64,000 nt of DNA from Botryllus schlosseri (lineage: Eukaryota): NCBI GenBank assembly GCA_051294905.1, contig CM119373.1:2854001-2918000 (forward strand), read 5' to 3'. Each line of letters starts with the position of its first letter. Within the stretch, counting starts at the first letter, position 1. Shown here in pieces: positions 61,260-64,000 of this stretch. A program made the translations under genes and the position numbers. Under the pieces are notes generated by a model. The model searched no databases. It was not told where the DNA came from and saw only the letters and a program-made list of their open reading frames with translations.

Positions 61260-63720
61260 AGGGCTCGTATGAACCCCCGTTGAGAATCACGGATTTAGAA
61301 GTATGATGAGCATTGGTTGAACTGGATTGTTTCCTGATTCAATCTGTCAGAATTGCCCAATAAATATAGCCGCTTTATCATGAACACTGGGAGTCAACAC
61401 AACATTGTGTCTCTATGGATGTTAGATTGACACGCCTCTCATGGTTGTTTCGGCATCCTTTAATCTGTTGATTGCGTCACATTATGTCTTGTTTATCATA
61501 TTGTTCGAGTGAATAAAAATGATAACATCCCTGATTTCATATTTTTTTCGGAGAGTATAGGGCCTACTGACTAAATGATTTTGTAACAATACTGTACCAA
61601 GCGAGTTCGTCCCGAAAAACAAGAGAATCAACAATATCCAGTGGGCGAACATCACGGATGTCATTAATTTCCTGTCGAAAAATAAACAATGAATTGATGA
61701 TATATTATAGGTTCATTATAAATATCATTCGCGTAATACAAACGTAGTGTATAGATTCCTTGTGTTTGTAATTAAGTCTGGGCAGAATAGAGTACCTCCG
61801 TGATTTGATTGTAGCTTCGATTTTTATGTCGTCATAACAGTATGGAAGATGGGGAAAATTCAAATACATACCTTTCATGCGACCAAAAATAATGCAATGC
61901 CAGTTCTACATCACATTAAAAAATATTTGGTATCTTTTCGACCTATTTCATTGGATTTTGTTAAAATGCTGTGGGTTGCTCACGACTCGGCAGACCACTG
62001 CATAGCTTTGTACGATGTTTCGTGTGCTGAGGTTTCAAGGCTGCCGCAGCAGCAAATGGTATGGAAATATAGTTTAAGGAGATGGATTGAATCTTAGCTG
62101 CAATTATCGTATAATTTCAGTACTCGATGAAAGCATCTTCCACTGCTCGACTCAAATCATTAGAACTAATGCTCGATTTAGATCCGAGTGGAGTACTCGA
62201 ATCATTGTGTCCGGCCTTATTCAAAATCTTTGAGTGGCCAATTCATAAATTTGCATTATGCAATATTGTAGCATACTAAAAGTGTATGTTATTTTACATC
62301 AGTTCTTTGCCGAACTCCACTAAAGATTTGCCCAAACGTAACCTTTCCCAATAAGGAATCGTATGGCGAAAGTCGTATGTGAAGTACTGGTATTTTTACA
62401 AGTCAATAAATAGTCAAAGTCGTGTATTTTGTTCTTGCCAACTGTAATTTCTGGTCACTAAAATCGCTTTTCGACTATACAATTACATCCTGGTTCGGAT
62501 ACAGAGCATCGGATACAGAGTAATGTTGACGTCAGCAATTTTACTATTAATAGTTTACCCACAGTTGAAATGTTATGGCTTAATGCCAACAATGGAGCAT
62601 TATCGTGACATGAGTTGTCTGGTAGCTGGTCTGACTAACTCAGGGGTTCCGAAAGGGCGGGCCATGGCCCACTGGTTGGTCACATGATTAATTTGAGATG
62701 GGCCACAAAGCTATTTCAAAAATTGTAGATTTAGTAAAAATTTAGTTATATTTCTTATGTTCATATATTCAAACATATACTCATTATTCATATTATCGAA
62801 TTATACGTTGGCTACAAAGCTTTTCATCCGACTATGATGAGATATAGTAGCACGTATGGAGTCACAATGTACAAGTCGAAAATGGTAGGGGAAACGGCGG
62901 CTTTTATCCCCCGGCTATGGCAACTTACGGCTAACAGCAACGTAAATAATTTCTGTCATATAATATCTGGAACTTAATGCTGAAGTGACCAAGTATTCCG
63001 ACAATGTCATATGTCGTATGCCCTTGAAAAGGGCGTGCATTAAACTCGAACTGAAGTGCATTTGATGTAGATGTACGGTACTTCTGTAGGTCGTATTATT
63101 ATACGATCTTCCGGGCCGTAACTGTCGCACCCCAAAACCCGAAGGGGCCTGAAATTTCGTTGGTTGTTTGTTGCATGAGATGTATTCATCTTGAAAATAT
63201 TCGTCGCCATTCGCGCGACTTCATGTCTAGGTCTACACTTTAATACGATTATTACGACAAAAATGTGCTATAAGTCGGAGTTATGGGTAAAAATGAAGAA
63301 TATCGGCCTGGTGTAAATGACCATAGTAGTCGATAAACACCATGGATGCCACAAAACAAATAAACAAACAAAGTAGAATGACCGCTGTAAATTCCTTCTC
63401 AAATTTCAAAGAAAACGTTTCGTTGAGTCGCCGGATACCTTTAGTGGTCAACTGTAAGGCGTCACTTTCGAAATTGCAAAGTGCATCGATGCCACTAACG
63501 CAATAGTATATGACAACACCACCCTTTTATACGGGTGCCAACATACACCCAGAGCAAACGAAATCAGAATCTACCTTATACCGCTGTATAAATCGACCAC
63601 AACACTTTACACATTTTGCATGCACGTAGGAACGAAGGAAGGTATGCGCGTAGGCCCTTTCGGTGTGAAGTGACCATCTTTTCGATAAGAGTGTACTGAT
63701 TGCTAAAATCTCTTTCGCCC
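61260..63720 (+). repeat. Duplicated block X, copy 3
   Basis: Aligns to 27553-29700, with an insertion at about 62640-63372. Confidence 0.88.
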
Positions 63721-64000
63721 AGTCCTTGTGACAGGGTTGCATTTAAAACAAATATCAACTTAAAACAAACATGTTTAAAACAAGGCCCGTCTGAAACGGT
63801 AATTTAACGCAAACGCCGATATCGGTGACCTATCTGTTCATTTTGAGGATGTTTTAAACCGGGATGGGTCATATGATTTGGTATGGTATATCTTGACGAT
63901 ATCATCGAACATTGTACCAAGTTTCAAGTTTGTCAGTCCGCGACTAAGGTAGGAATTGCCTTATTCAAATCGACTACGTATAGGTGTGCTCGAAACTGAA

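Overview
AT-rich, intron-containing eukaryotic (invertebrate animal) DNA; the dense hAT/MITE and tRNA-SINE load and the gene content suggest a tunicate or similar deuterostome (inference only). Most ORF-track entries are spurious. The real coding signal is on the minus strand. (1) Locus A (about 13.4-20.1 kb) is a tandem array of ~240-bp exon+intron units, each a symmetric phase-1 EGF-like exon (11 modules, 3 of them broken), followed by a C-type lectin exon; a candidate signal-peptide exon lies at 26.7 kb. (2) Locus B (54.1-55.9 kb) is a paralogous EGF array (3 open and 2 dead modules). (3) An intact 4-exon fibrinogen-related-domain (FReD) coding unit (49.45-51.5 kb) lies directly downstream of array B and has a phase-1 acceptor that would join it in frame to the EGF exons. 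The window is built from old segmental duplications (blocks recurring at about 0.8, 27.5 and 61.3 kb). It also holds nested hAT-type elements with 8-bp TSDs, SINEs, and LINE, Penelope and Chapaev3 relics. Main hypothesis: an exon-shuffling locus in which one variable-length EGF stalk is coupled to different recognition heads (C-type lectin vs FReD). Splicing is inferred from sequence only.
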